Shown: one piece after another, positions 10,300-19,263 of the stretch
Position numbering within the stretch: the first letter of the stretch is position 1
Layout: each line of letters begins with the position of its first letter
NCBI GenBank assembly: GCA_030603385.1
Contig: JAUVXW010000017.1
Location: 8,448 to 72,447, forward strand
Length of the DNA: 64,000 nucleotides
From: Promethearchaeota archaeon
Lineage (GTDB): Archaea > Asgardarchaeota > Lokiarchaeia > Sigyniarchaeales > SOKP01
Direction of reading: 5' to 3'
The notes under the pieces: model-generated
What the model was told of the DNA's origin: nothing
What the model saw: the letters and a program-made list of their open reading frames with translations, nothing else
Databases searched by the model: none
Translations under genes and position numbers: made by a program

Positions 10300-10896
10300 T
10301 TATGGCTTAAACCACTCAAAGAAATAATATGATTTGGTTAATGGGTTTGCAATAACAAATTTTTTCCTTACAGATGTTGCCAATCTCCCGGCACGAACCA
10401 TATCTACTGCTGTAATCTCAGCATCATGAGGTAAAACATGCACCATGAAAAGTGAATGTTCCAGACCGGGTCCAAGGCGGTAAGTTACAAAGTCCGCCCC
10501 GAATTTTAATCCAGGTCTCGGAATGTATCCTTTTTCCCTTAAATCTTTATAAATTATGTACTTTTCCTCAAATTTATGATGTATATTCTTCGCTAGCTTA
10601 TAAAATTCCTTTGGGCTTAAATCTTTGTTCTCTTTTACATCAAAAATTATAATTTCATCTTTTTCTAAAAGGTAATATGCCTCTATTAACGATAATTCGC
10701 TTGGCTTAGAAAAATATTCTAATCGTGGTTTATTAATTCCAAGTGGGGAACCAAAAAAACCTTTCTTTACATATAAATAAGAAGCGTATAAAGGATTAAA
10801 TACAATAACTCTGTTATTAATGAACTTGGTTGGAATTCTTTCTGGTACTTCAATGTCATCAAGATTTATTTGATTATCCTTTGCTTGATTCATCAT
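10300..10896 (-). CDS. endA: tRNA-splicing endonuclease
   Basis: C-terminal catalytic domain GADFVTYRLGPGLEHSLFMVHV...AGRLATSVRKKFVIA, carrying the Y/H/K catalytic residues of archaeal EndA. 198 aa, the size of the homotetramer type. Confidence 0.85.
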   Translation of the reverse strand: MMNQAKDNQINLDDIEVPERIPTKFINNRVIVFNPLYASYLYVKKGFFGSPLGINKPRLEYFSKPSELSLIEAYYLLEKDEIIIFDVKENKDLSPKEFYKLAKNIHHKFEEKYIIYKDLREKGYIPRPGLKFGADFVTYRLGPGLEHSLFMVHVLPHDAEITAVDMVRAGRLATSVRKKFVIANPLTKSYYFFEWFKP

Positions 10897-11000
10897 AAAA
10901 GATTATTAAAGATAACTTAATAATTCTTACAATTTCTTATCGATTGGATTAAATTAATTAAGCTTTAAAAATAATAATTTTAATATTGAAACATTAATGA

Positions 11001-11900
11001 TTGGTGATTGGTAAAATGGTCCTTAGAAGAGCAACTCATGCCGGCAGTTGGTATCCTGGATCCAAGAAAGCCTTACAAGAAGCGATACGGGGGTATTTTA
11101 CAGATGAAAAATTTGGTCCCGGTGAAGAACCTTTAACATTGAACAAAGATGAGAGAACTATTATAGGGGGGGTTTCTCCACATGCAGGTATGACATATTC
11201 AGGGCCTTGTGCCGCTTTCACATACTTAAATTTATTTAAGGAGAGAATTCCTGATACCGTTGTAGTTTTAGGTACAGATCATATTGGGTATCATAAAATA
11301 GCATTAATGAGGGAAGGAGAATGGGAAACTCCATTAGGAAATTTGGAGATAGATGAAGAAGTATCGAAAAAGATATTAGATAATAGCAAAATAATTGAAG
11401 CAGATAATTCTCTTTTTACGGGTCGTGCTGAACAAGAACATAATATAGAAATTCAATTACCGTTTATAAAATATTGTTCTCATGATAAAGAAGTGAAAAT
11501 TGTACCAATTAAAATAGCTGGTACTAGAGAATTTAAAACTATGAATGTAATCGCCATTGATATAGCCAAAGCAATAAAGTCAATTAAGAAAGATATTGTT
11601 ATTGTAGCGTCTTCAGATATGTCCCATAAGCAAGTAATGGATTCAAACCAATTAAAAATATTTAAAGAGATTGATTTTGTTGCGATTGAAGAATTCAAAA
11701 AATTAAATCCTGAAAAAACTCTTGAAGCTGCTTTAAAAACCTCCATATGTGGTCCACAAACGATTACTACTATGATGTTAATTTGTCAAAATCTAAGTGC
11801 AACGAAAGGTGAAATGATGCAATATTATACAAGTTCTGAAAGAACTGGAAGCATTGGGGGCTATTGTGTAGGATATTTTTCGGGAATTATATTGAAATAG
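11001..11900 (+). CDS. MEMO1-family protein (AmmeMemoRadiSam system protein B-like)
   Basis: RRATHAGSWYPG, GGVSPHAGMTYSGP, GTDH and SSDMSH are hallmark Memo blocks. The real start is probably the ATG at 11016. Confidence 0.8.
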   Translation: MVIGKMVLRRATHAGSWYPGSKKALQEAIRGYFTDEKFGPGEEPLTLNKDERTIIGGVSPHAGMTYSGPCAAFTYLNLFKERIPDTVVVLGTDHIGYHKIALMREGEWETPLGNLEIDEEVSKKILDNSKIIEADNSLFTGRAEQEHNIEIQLPFIKYCSHDKEVKIVPIKIAGTREFKTMNVIAIDIAKAIKSIKKDIVIVASSDMSHKQVMDSNQLKIFKEIDFVAIEEFKKLNPEKTLEAALKTSICGPQTITTMMLICQNLSATKGEMMQYYTSSERTGSIGGYCVGYFSGIILK

Positions 11901-11948
11901 TAATAATTTGTAGATTAAAAATAAAAATGATAAAAAAACCAAAAAAAA

Positions 11949-13076
11949 ATGCCAGAAGATAAGGAAAAAGTTGAAGATTTTATTAGTTTATGGAAGAAGA
12001 AGATGATAAACGAACCTGACAACCCAAGTGCAATTGGGGAAACCTTAAAACGAATTCAAGAAGTTGAACAAGAAAATGAACAACTAAGAAACAAAATTCA
12101 GGCAAATATAGATTTAATTACTAGAACGGAAGAAGTTGTAAGTAATACCATTGCTGAAAATGAGAGATTAAAAGAAGAGGTAAGGAAATCAGGATCAATT
12201 GGGGGAAGAGATGTTAGTGTTATCCAGCAGGAAAATCTCGATCTGACTAATAAAGTTAAAAATTTAACCATGAGTTTAACAGAAAGAGATAATGTATTAA
12301 GTTTAAAAGACAATGAAATAGCTGAATTAAAAGTTGAATTAAATGAAGCAACAACAGCTGTACAATTTATGGCAGATACTGCTTCTGAAGACACTCCTGA
12401 AGTATCTAAAGCTTTAATTGAAGATTTACAATCAGAATTATCAAAGAAGAAAACTCAAGTTTCTGTATTGGAACAAAAGATTGCAGAACTAAATAAAGAA
12501 ATATTAACTCTAAATGAACAGTTAATTGAAAAGGAGAAAAAATCACCAGTTGATTACGTTATACCCGTTGATACATCCAAATCAACTATTATAAAGCCAC
12601 AACCCTCTCAAACTTCTTCAGCCACATTAGAAATTCTATGTCAAGACCTTCAAGCAGATTTAAATAAGTATAAAAAAATTGTTGAGAAATTAAATCAAGA
12701 TAAATCTGAACTCCAACAAAATATTGAAAAAGGAGGCTTCAAACTTGAACCGGGAGAGATAAAGGAGTTAAAAAAAGAAAATGAAGATTTAAAAACTGAG
12801 CTTTCTCAAGTACAAGAAATTCTTAAAGAGAAATCAAAAGCAACTGCTGAAACTCTATCTCTTGTAGAATCTAAGAGATTAATTGAAGATCTCCAAACAC
12901 AGTTAAAACTAAAAGATCAGACAATAACAGAATTAAAATCATCAAGCCAACCTCAAATTATTACACCACAAGGCCCAATGTCTAGTTTAGTAAAAGATTT
13001 GCAGAAAACAATAAATAAATTAAAAATAACGGTAGAAGAAAAGAATAAAATTATTGAAGAATTAAAATCATCATAG
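11949..13076 (+). CDS. Long coiled-coil protein, function unknown
   Basis: 375 aa, E/K/L/Q-rich heptad sequence throughout. Stop TAG is directly abutted by the next ATG (13074-13079). Confidence 0.6.
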   Translation: MPEDKEKVEDFISLWKKKMINEPDNPSAIGETLKRIQEVEQENEQLRNKIQANIDLITRTEEVVSNTIAENERLKEEVRKSGSIGGRDVSVIQQENLDLTNKVKNLTMSLTERDNVLSLKDNEIAELKVELNEATTAVQFMADTASEDTPEVSKALIEDLQSELSKKKTQVSVLEQKIAELNKEILTLNEQLIEKEKKSPVDYVIPVDTSKSTIIKPQPSQTSSATLEILCQDLQADLNKYKKIVEKLNQDKSELQQNIEKGGFKLEPGEIKELKKENEDLKTELSQVQEILKEKSKATAETLSLVESKRLIEDLQTQLKLKDQTITELKSSSQPQIITPQGPMSSLVKDLQKTINKLKITVEEKNKIIEELKSS

Positions 13077-14060
13077 ATGAGTAATCAAAATAAAAACAAC
13101 ACTTCTATTTTTTTTGCTGGACATTTTGCTGTAGATAATGTTATTAGATTTAAACGCTTAAGCAAGGCTACATTGGGAGGGGGTGTGTGCTACTGTTCTT
13201 TAGCCCTAAGAACCTATGTTCAAGATGTTAAAATAAGTATTATTTCTCATATAGGTAAAAAAAATTTTGATAACTCTTTGTTGGACGTTGTAAAGAATAA
13301 AAATATTGACTTAAGAGGGATAAAATATTCTAAGGTAGAAAATACTAATTTTGTTTTAGACTATTTCGATCATGCTAGAACCCTAACTCTCAAATCAAGA
13401 AGTCCAAATCTTGAATTTAAAGACATCCCACAAGAATATCTAACTAATCCACCTGACGTTATTGTTTTAGTTCCGTTATGCAATGAAATATCATTTGAAT
13501 ATGTTTCACAAATATCAAAGAAATTTCCAAATGTATATATGGGAATTGATTTGCAGGGATTTATCAGAAATGTTGATGAAAACGGAAAAGTTTCATATAT
13601 TTATAATAATCAAATTATTTCAAATCTTAATAAAATAATAGATTTGATTGGAGATAGATTGATTCTTAAAGGATCAGAAGAAGAAATGAAACTATTGGCA
13701 AATGAATATAATGATCTTCACAACGTAATGGATTACTTTGAGAATTATGATACAAATGGAATATTCATTATGACATTAGGAGAAAAAGGGTCAATGATTT
13801 ATAAGAAAGGAAATCCAATATTAAGAATCCCAGCTTTTAAACCGAAAAAAGTCAATGACGAAACTGGTGCAGGAGATGTCTATTTTTCAATATTTCTATA
13901 TGAAATTTCCCACTCTGATAAATCTTGGGATTTAATTAAAGAAGTAGCTTTTTTAGCATCTGCAGCTGCTTCGTTTCTAGTAGAAAAAAAGGGACCTTCA
14001 GGATTTGTAATAAAAAAGAAAGTATTAAAAAGAGTAAGAAGAAAAGATTATATCAAATAG
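13077..14060 (+). CDS. PfkB-family carbohydrate/nucleoside kinase
   Basis: Ribokinase-like organisation with the C-terminal anion-hole motif NDETGAGDVYFSIF (compare DTTGAGDAF). Confidence 0.75.
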   Translation: MSNQNKNNTSIFFAGHFAVDNVIRFKRLSKATLGGGVCYCSLALRTYVQDVKISIISHIGKKNFDNSLLDVVKNKNIDLRGIKYSKVENTNFVLDYFDHARTLTLKSRSPNLEFKDIPQEYLTNPPDVIVLVPLCNEISFEYVSQISKKFPNVYMGIDLQGFIRNVDENGKVSYIYNNQIISNLNKIIDLIGDRLILKGSEEEMKLLANEYNDLHNVMDYFENYDTNGIFIMTLGEKGSMIYKKGNPILRIPAFKPKKVNDETGAGDVYFSIFLYEISHSDKSWDLIKEVAFLASAAASFLVEKKGPSGFVIKKKVLKRVRRKDYIK

Positions 14061-14087
14061 AATAGGTGGATTTTCATACATATAAAC

Positions 14088-14666
14088 TTGCATTTTGGTA
14101 TTGGAATAATTATTGCTTCTATTTCTAAATACTTTTTGGATCTGAACTTTATGGAATTTTTCATAATAGTATTATTTGCATTTGTGTGTGATTTTGACAT
14201 ATTTTTATGTAAGTTCGCATTAGACAACAATCATAGAATGTTGATTACTCATTCAATTATCCCTGGAATAATTATCACAATTTTAGGATTAATCTTTAAT
14301 TGGACTGTTCTGATAATTAGTGGTCTTACTTACTCAATTCATATTATCATTGACACTTTTGACTGGGGTACCAACTTCTTTTATTTTCAAAAAAAACAAG
14401 TAGGTCTTAAATTATTAATTACAAAAGACGAGTTTAACAATATTTCTAAATATCTATCTCAATTTAAGAGACCAGAATCCTTTTTTGATAAAAAATATTA
14501 TGGTAATGTCACTTGTTTAATAACAGAAGTACTGATTTTCATTCTAATGATATTACTCATTACACTTTTTGCGTTAAAGTACTTCTTAATTATTACAATT
14601 TATTTCATCTTTCTTGTGTTCCATTTACAACGTCATTTCATTTTGAAAAAAATTGAATCAAACTAA
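14088..14666 (+). CDS. Membrane-bound metal-dependent hydrolase-like protein (DUF457/YdjM-like)
   Basis: Multi-TM protein with DFD and HR..THS motifs (CDFDIFL; NNHRMLITHSIIPG) typical of DUF457. Confidence 0.5.
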   Translation: MHFGIGIIIASISKYFLDLNFMEFFIIVLFAFVCDFDIFLCKFALDNNHRMLITHSIIPGIIITILGLIFNWTVLIISGLTYSIHIIIDTFDWGTNFFYFQKKQVGLKLLITKDEFNNISKYLSQFKRPESFFDKKYYGNVTCLITEVLIFILMILLITLFALKYFLIITIYFIFLVFHLQRHFILKKIESN

Positions 14667-14753
14667 TTGGAAATTTATTAAATTCTTATTATATAATAAA
14701 AAATAAACATTAATTTTTTCTATTGCAATTTATTCATTTCTAGCTAAATGTAG

Positions 14754-15230
14754 GTGATTATTATTTCAAATGATATTAAAACAAAAGTTGGGATTAAATT
14801 GGACGAATCCGAATCTCAGATGATATTTAAATGCGATTTAGGGAATTTGAAGGTTAAGGATTGTTATATTGATGAAGAACATCGTGAAGAAGTTGACATG
14901 CTTGGTCCTAATCCCTCACGATTATTAGCTTTAGGTGTTTTAGGATGCTTAAGTGCAAGCTTTATCTTTTGCATAAAAAAGAGGAATTTTAAAGTGGATG
15001 ATTTTACAGCTGAAGCGGAGGTTGTTATCACTCGAAATGAGAAAGGTTTTTGGAGAATTAAAAAGATTGATGTTAATATACTGCCAAAAATAACAGATCC
15101 TGACACTCTCAAAAGGGCAAAACAATGCTTAAAATCTGCAAAAGATGGTGTAAGTTTTTTCGAACAATATTGTATTGTTACACAATCAGTAAGATCTGGA
15201 ATTGAAGTAAATGTAAATCTTGATCTATAA
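14754..15230 (+). CDS. OsmC/Ohr-family peroxiredoxin-like protein (tandem copy 1)
   Basis: PSRLLALGVLGCLSASF and EQYCIVTQSV carry the two conserved Cys of OsmC. Paralog of the next gene. Confidence 0.7.
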   Translation: MIIISNDIKTKVGIKLDESESQMIFKCDLGNLKVKDCYIDEEHREEVDMLGPNPSRLLALGVLGCLSASFIFCIKKRNFKVDDFTAEAEVVITRNEKGFWRIKKIDVNILPKITDPDTLKRAKQCLKSAKDGVSFFEQYCIVTQSVRSGIEVNVNLDL

Positions 15231-15277
15231 TTATAATTTATTTTTAGAAAAAAAATCCATAGAAACGATGATTTTAT

Positions 15278-15715
15278 ATGTCAAACGTGTTAAAGACTAA
15301 AGTTGGTTTAAAACAAGAAGAAGAAATGATTTTTAGATGTGATCTTGGAAACCTTAAAATGGATAATCTATATATTGATGAAAAAAATATAAAAGAAAAT
15401 GAAAAAATAGGGACTTCCCCTACTAAATTATTAGCATTATCTGTTCTAGGTTGTTTAGCTGCAAGTTTTTCATTTTGTCTTCAAAAGAAAAATTTTTCAT
15501 TATCGGGATTAGAAGGAAAAGCTGAAGTTACAATCGCTAGAAATGACAAAGGATTCTGGAGAGTTAAGAAGATTGATGTAGAAATGAACCCTAAAATTGA
15601 TACTCCTGAAATGCGTAAAAGAGCAGATCAATGTAGAAAGTTTTTCGAGCAATATTGTATTATCTCAGAATCTTTAAGAACTGGATTCGAAGTGAGTGTC
15701 AATCTAAATTATTGA
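15278..15715 (+). CDS. OsmC/Ohr-family peroxiredoxin-like protein (tandem copy 2)
   Basis: PTKLLALSVLGCLAASF and EQYCIISESL. Collinear with copy 1. Confidence 0.75.
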   Translation: MSNVLKTKVGLKQEEEMIFRCDLGNLKMDNLYIDEKNIKENEKIGTSPTKLLALSVLGCLAASFSFCLQKKNFSLSGLEGKAEVTIARNDKGFWRVKKIDVEMNPKIDTPEMRKRADQCRKFFEQYCIISESLRTGFEVSVNLNY

Positions 15716-15738
15716 TTCTATTCTATAAGTGAAATCCC

Positions 15739-15765
15739 CGAGAAGTAGTAAAACTTCTCGTTTTT
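15739..15765. terminator. Hairpin plus T-run between convergent genes
   Basis: CGAGAAGT (15739-15746), a 6-nt loop, ACTTCTCG (15753-15760), then TTTTT (15761-15765). Lies between the OsmC-2 stop and the radA stop. Confidence 0.35.
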
Positions 15766-16801
15766 AATCTTTTATACCTTCTTCAGTAATAGTAAAAACG
15801 GTATCGCTCTCAGGTATATTTGGAGCATCAACAACCTTTGCAATTCGTTGTTCTCCTTTTCCTTTTCTTAGAAACACGCGAATTGTTGCCCCATGAGCTA
15901 CAATATGGCCGCCTGTATGTATTAAGGGATTTCCATAAAAAACATCTGGTCTAGCAGATACTTGATTAGTAAAAAGTACAGCTAACTCATCATATACCTC
16001 AGATAATCTTAAAAGATCATGTAGATGAGTATTTATAATCTGTTGACGTGATGCTAAAGTCCCTCTTCCTACATATTCACTTCGAAAGTGTCCTATCAAG
16101 GAATCTACAATGATTAATTTGATGTTTTTTTCTTCGATTATCCTAGAAGCTTCTTTAATCAATAAGATTTGATGATCACTATTATAGGCTCTTCCAATAG
16201 TGATGTTCTTTAAAATTTCATTATAGTCTAAATCTAAAGCAGCTGACATCTGTATTATTCTTTCGGGTCTGAAAGTGCCTTCAGTATCCACGTATAAGGG
16301 GTTTCCTTCAAGACCTCCTCTTTCATATTGTAGTTGTACATTTACACAAAGTTGATGAGCTAATTGAGTTTTTCCAGTGCGATATTCACCAAAAAGCTCA
16401 GTTAAAGCTCCTGGTTCAATACCCCCTCCTAATAGTTCATCAAAATTTTGACTTCCTGTGGTTAGTCTATTTAATAATTTACGTTTCTCCCAAATGAGAT
16501 CAGCTGATTTAAATCCCATTTTCTCTACATCTTGAGCTGTTTTAACTAATTTTTCAGCTGTTTTTATGCCTAAACCCACTTCATCAGTTAATTTATTTAA
16601 GGGATACATCGCAAGTGTTCTAACTGATAAGATCCCTGCATCTTTTAACTTTTTTAGAGTTGCATCTCCAACTCCAGGCAGATCATTTAAACTATAAGAA
16701 GATTTTGATAAAGATTCTTTATCCTGACTGTCCTTATCTATACTACCTTTTTTTTTTGCCATTATTGAATATAAAGAATTATTACTATTTGAATTCCTCA
16801 T
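15764..16801 (-). CDS. radA: DNA repair and recombination protein RadA
   Basis: N-terminal HhH domain (LPGVGDATLKKLKDAGILSVRTLA). Walker A GEYRTGKTQLAHQL, Walker B LIIVDSL, and the L2-loop region. The probable start is the internal MAKKKG. Confidence 0.95.
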   Translation of the reverse strand: MRNSNSNNSLYSIMAKKKGSIDKDSQDKESLSKSSYSLNDLPGVGDATLKKLKDAGILSVRTLAMYPLNKLTDEVGLGIKTAEKLVKTAQDVEKMGFKSADLIWEKRKLLNRLTTGSQNFDELLGGGIEPGALTELFGEYRTGKTQLAHQLCVNVQLQYERGGLEGNPLYVDTEGTFRPERIIQMSAALDLDYNEILKNITIGRAYNSDHQILLIKEASRIIEEKNIKLIIVDSLIGHFRSEYVGRGTLASRQQIINTHLHDLLRLSEVYDELAVLFTNQVSARPDVFYGNPLIHTGGHIVAHGATIRVFLRKGKGEQRIAKVVDAPNIPESDTVFTITEEGIKD

Positions 16802-16859
16802 AAAGTATTATTATATTATGAAATAAATATAAAAAATAATAATAAAAAGTATATAGAAA

Positions 16860-17528
16860 TTATTTTATTTCCTTACCTGACCTCGTAATAAGCAATAAAA
16901 CGATAAAAAGAATCACTGAAAATAGAAATGTCAATAAACCTACAGGGGTGTCAGTACCCCCAATCCATATAAAATCTAAATAGAGGAAAGGTAAGATAAA
17001 TACAGCAACAAGCACGAATAATATTGGTAGTGGTGCCTCCTCATCTTTAATATCAAGAATTAACGGTACAATAATAAGGATTATCATTAATGTAGCTACA
17101 ATTTGGAACCCTAATACAACACCCTCTCTAAAAATTGCTGAATGAACATTTGGTAACCAAAAATATCCAACCTTTTCAGTGAAATCTTTCAAATCAGAAT
17201 TGATGTCTGGTAAAATTGCACTGGCAATTAGTTGAATAAGGATCCCTAGAGTAAGATATAATAGAATCTCATTAATTTCTTTATCCTTTTTTAGATAAAC
17301 TGCAATAGTATCACGCAATAAAGTAACAATCCATAAAGCAAAAAGAATTATATATGCGAAGAGAACATCGTATCCTAACCCCCAATAGATATTTACAGGA
17401 ATGACCGCAACAATATAAGCTAAATAGGAAGCCTTCTCATTCCTACCGAATAAATCAAATAAAAGAAAAATTGCAAATATGATAAAAAAAGTTACCAAAA
17501 CTACATAAACACTAATATCAACTGCCAT
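16860..17528 (-). CDS. Polytopic membrane protein, function unknown
   Basis: 222 aa with about 6 hydrophobic helices. No recognised motif. Confidence 0.5.
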   Translation of the reverse strand: MAVDISVYVVLVTFFIIFAIFLLFDLFGRNEKASYLAYIVAVIPVNIYWGLGYDVLFAYIILFALWIVTLLRDTIAVYLKKDKEINEILLYLTLGILIQLIASAILPDINSDLKDFTEKVGYFWLPNVHSAIFREGVVLGFQIVATLMIILIIVPLILDIKDEEAPLPILFVLVAVFILPFLYLDFIWIGGTDTPVGLLTFLFSVILFIVLLLITRSGKEIK

Positions 17529-17682
17529 GATTTTATCATTTTTTTTTTGATCTTAAGTTATTATTATATTATTATATAATTAGTTCTATTTTTTTTAAAT
17601 TTTTAATTCTATTTGTAGAAAAATTATCAGAAAAATCAATGAATAAATTGAATTAGCTCCATATTATATTCTCAATTAAAAA

Positions 17683-19071
17683 TTAGAGTTTTGAAATTAT
17701 CTTTTCTAACTTGTTTATCATTTTCTGTGCTTCATTTTTATCTTCAGATTCAGCAGATAAAAGTATCGCGTCCCTATGTAATGCGACTTTAATCAAAGCA
17801 TAACCCTTATTATCAAAAATTTTTAATTCATTTATTATATCATGGTATCTATACCCTGTTTCCTCTGCTACTTCCCTTAATCGATTATGTATGTTTTCAA
17901 TAACATCTTGCGAGACTGCAATTGTTTTATTTATCTTAGTACCCTTTGGAAATCCTCTTGTTAGTGAGCTTAGAAGGTCATCTTGAGCAGTCATTATCTC
18001 AAGAATTTTCAATAAGATAAAATTACCATCACTGAAAGGAGCAAATTCTGTGAAATAGAATTTTAATGTATCAGCAGCGGCAAAACAAGCCCTTTCTTCT
18101 CTAATTTGTCTAGAAATTTCTCCCGGATAATTCTCAACTTGCTTAATTGGAAATCCGCTATCTTCAATAAATTTTTTCACCACAAGTGGGATTGAGGGGG
18201 TTGTTATAATTGTATTTGCTTTAGAATTCTGTATTCGTTTATCAAATGTCACAAATAACATTAGTAAATCTTCATAACTAATTTCCAAACCATTCTCATC
18301 AACAACTAATATTCTTGAGCCATCAACATCAAAACATACACCAAGATGACTATTGGAAGCTTTGACAATATCCGCAGTGTTCCTAATGGTATTGATACTT
18401 GGTACTGGACTTGAAGATCTTTCACGATAATGGGTATTCAGTGCAATCACTTCAACACCAATATCATTTATTAAAAGAGGTGTAATCTTACCTGTAGGAC
18501 CATATGAACAGTCTACAACAATTTTTAAATTTGCTTTCTTTATTTTCTTTTTATCTACAAATTGCTGTAAAGATTTAATATATATGTCACTTGTTTGAGG
18601 AATTGCAGTTATTTGCCCTATTTCGTTCGGATTAACCCTTCTTACGTCTTTCGGATAGGTATTATAAGAATCAATTATCCGTTGGATTTCATTTTGCGAA
18701 AGCTCAATTCCTCCAGCATCTAAAAACCTAATACCAACATCTTCGCTATATAAATGGCCTCCTGAAACATATACTCCTCCGCTTGCTCCAAATCGTCTAA
18801 TTGTAAATTGTAGTAGAGGAAAAGTACAATCTGATAAGTTTAGAAGATTTATTCCAGTAGACATCAAACCCGATGTATATGCTCTTTTCAACATTATACT
18901 ATCATTATGATAATCTCTTCCCATAACAATTGATTCATTTTGATTATTTATGCTACCATGAATAGACCCTATTGAACTTGATATTTCTGGTGTAAAAATA
19001 TAATTTGCTCTACCTATAATTCTCCCGTTCTTATTTAATTCGTTGAGATTCTTTACTGGAATATTAGACAT
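17683..19071 (-). CDS. Phosphoglucomutase/phosphomannomutase-family protein with degenerate active-site motifs
   Basis: Four-domain PGM/PMM layout. [22 protein letters not shown] aligns to [37 protein letters not shown] aligns to the DGDADR metal loop. Confidence 0.75.
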   Translation of the reverse strand: [462 protein letters not shown]

Positions 19072-19263
19072 TTAAAATTACTTCTTTGAATTTACGATTA
19101 ACTTTCAATTGGAAATTGTATATTATACCTTACTTGACAAGAATATATAACTTTACCGATTTTTAAAAATTATCGTTTTCTTTTTAGTATATAAGATATG
19201 AAAAATTATAGACAAACAACAAATTCTCGGTAATTAAATTAAAACTAGGAAAAATAAGGAATT

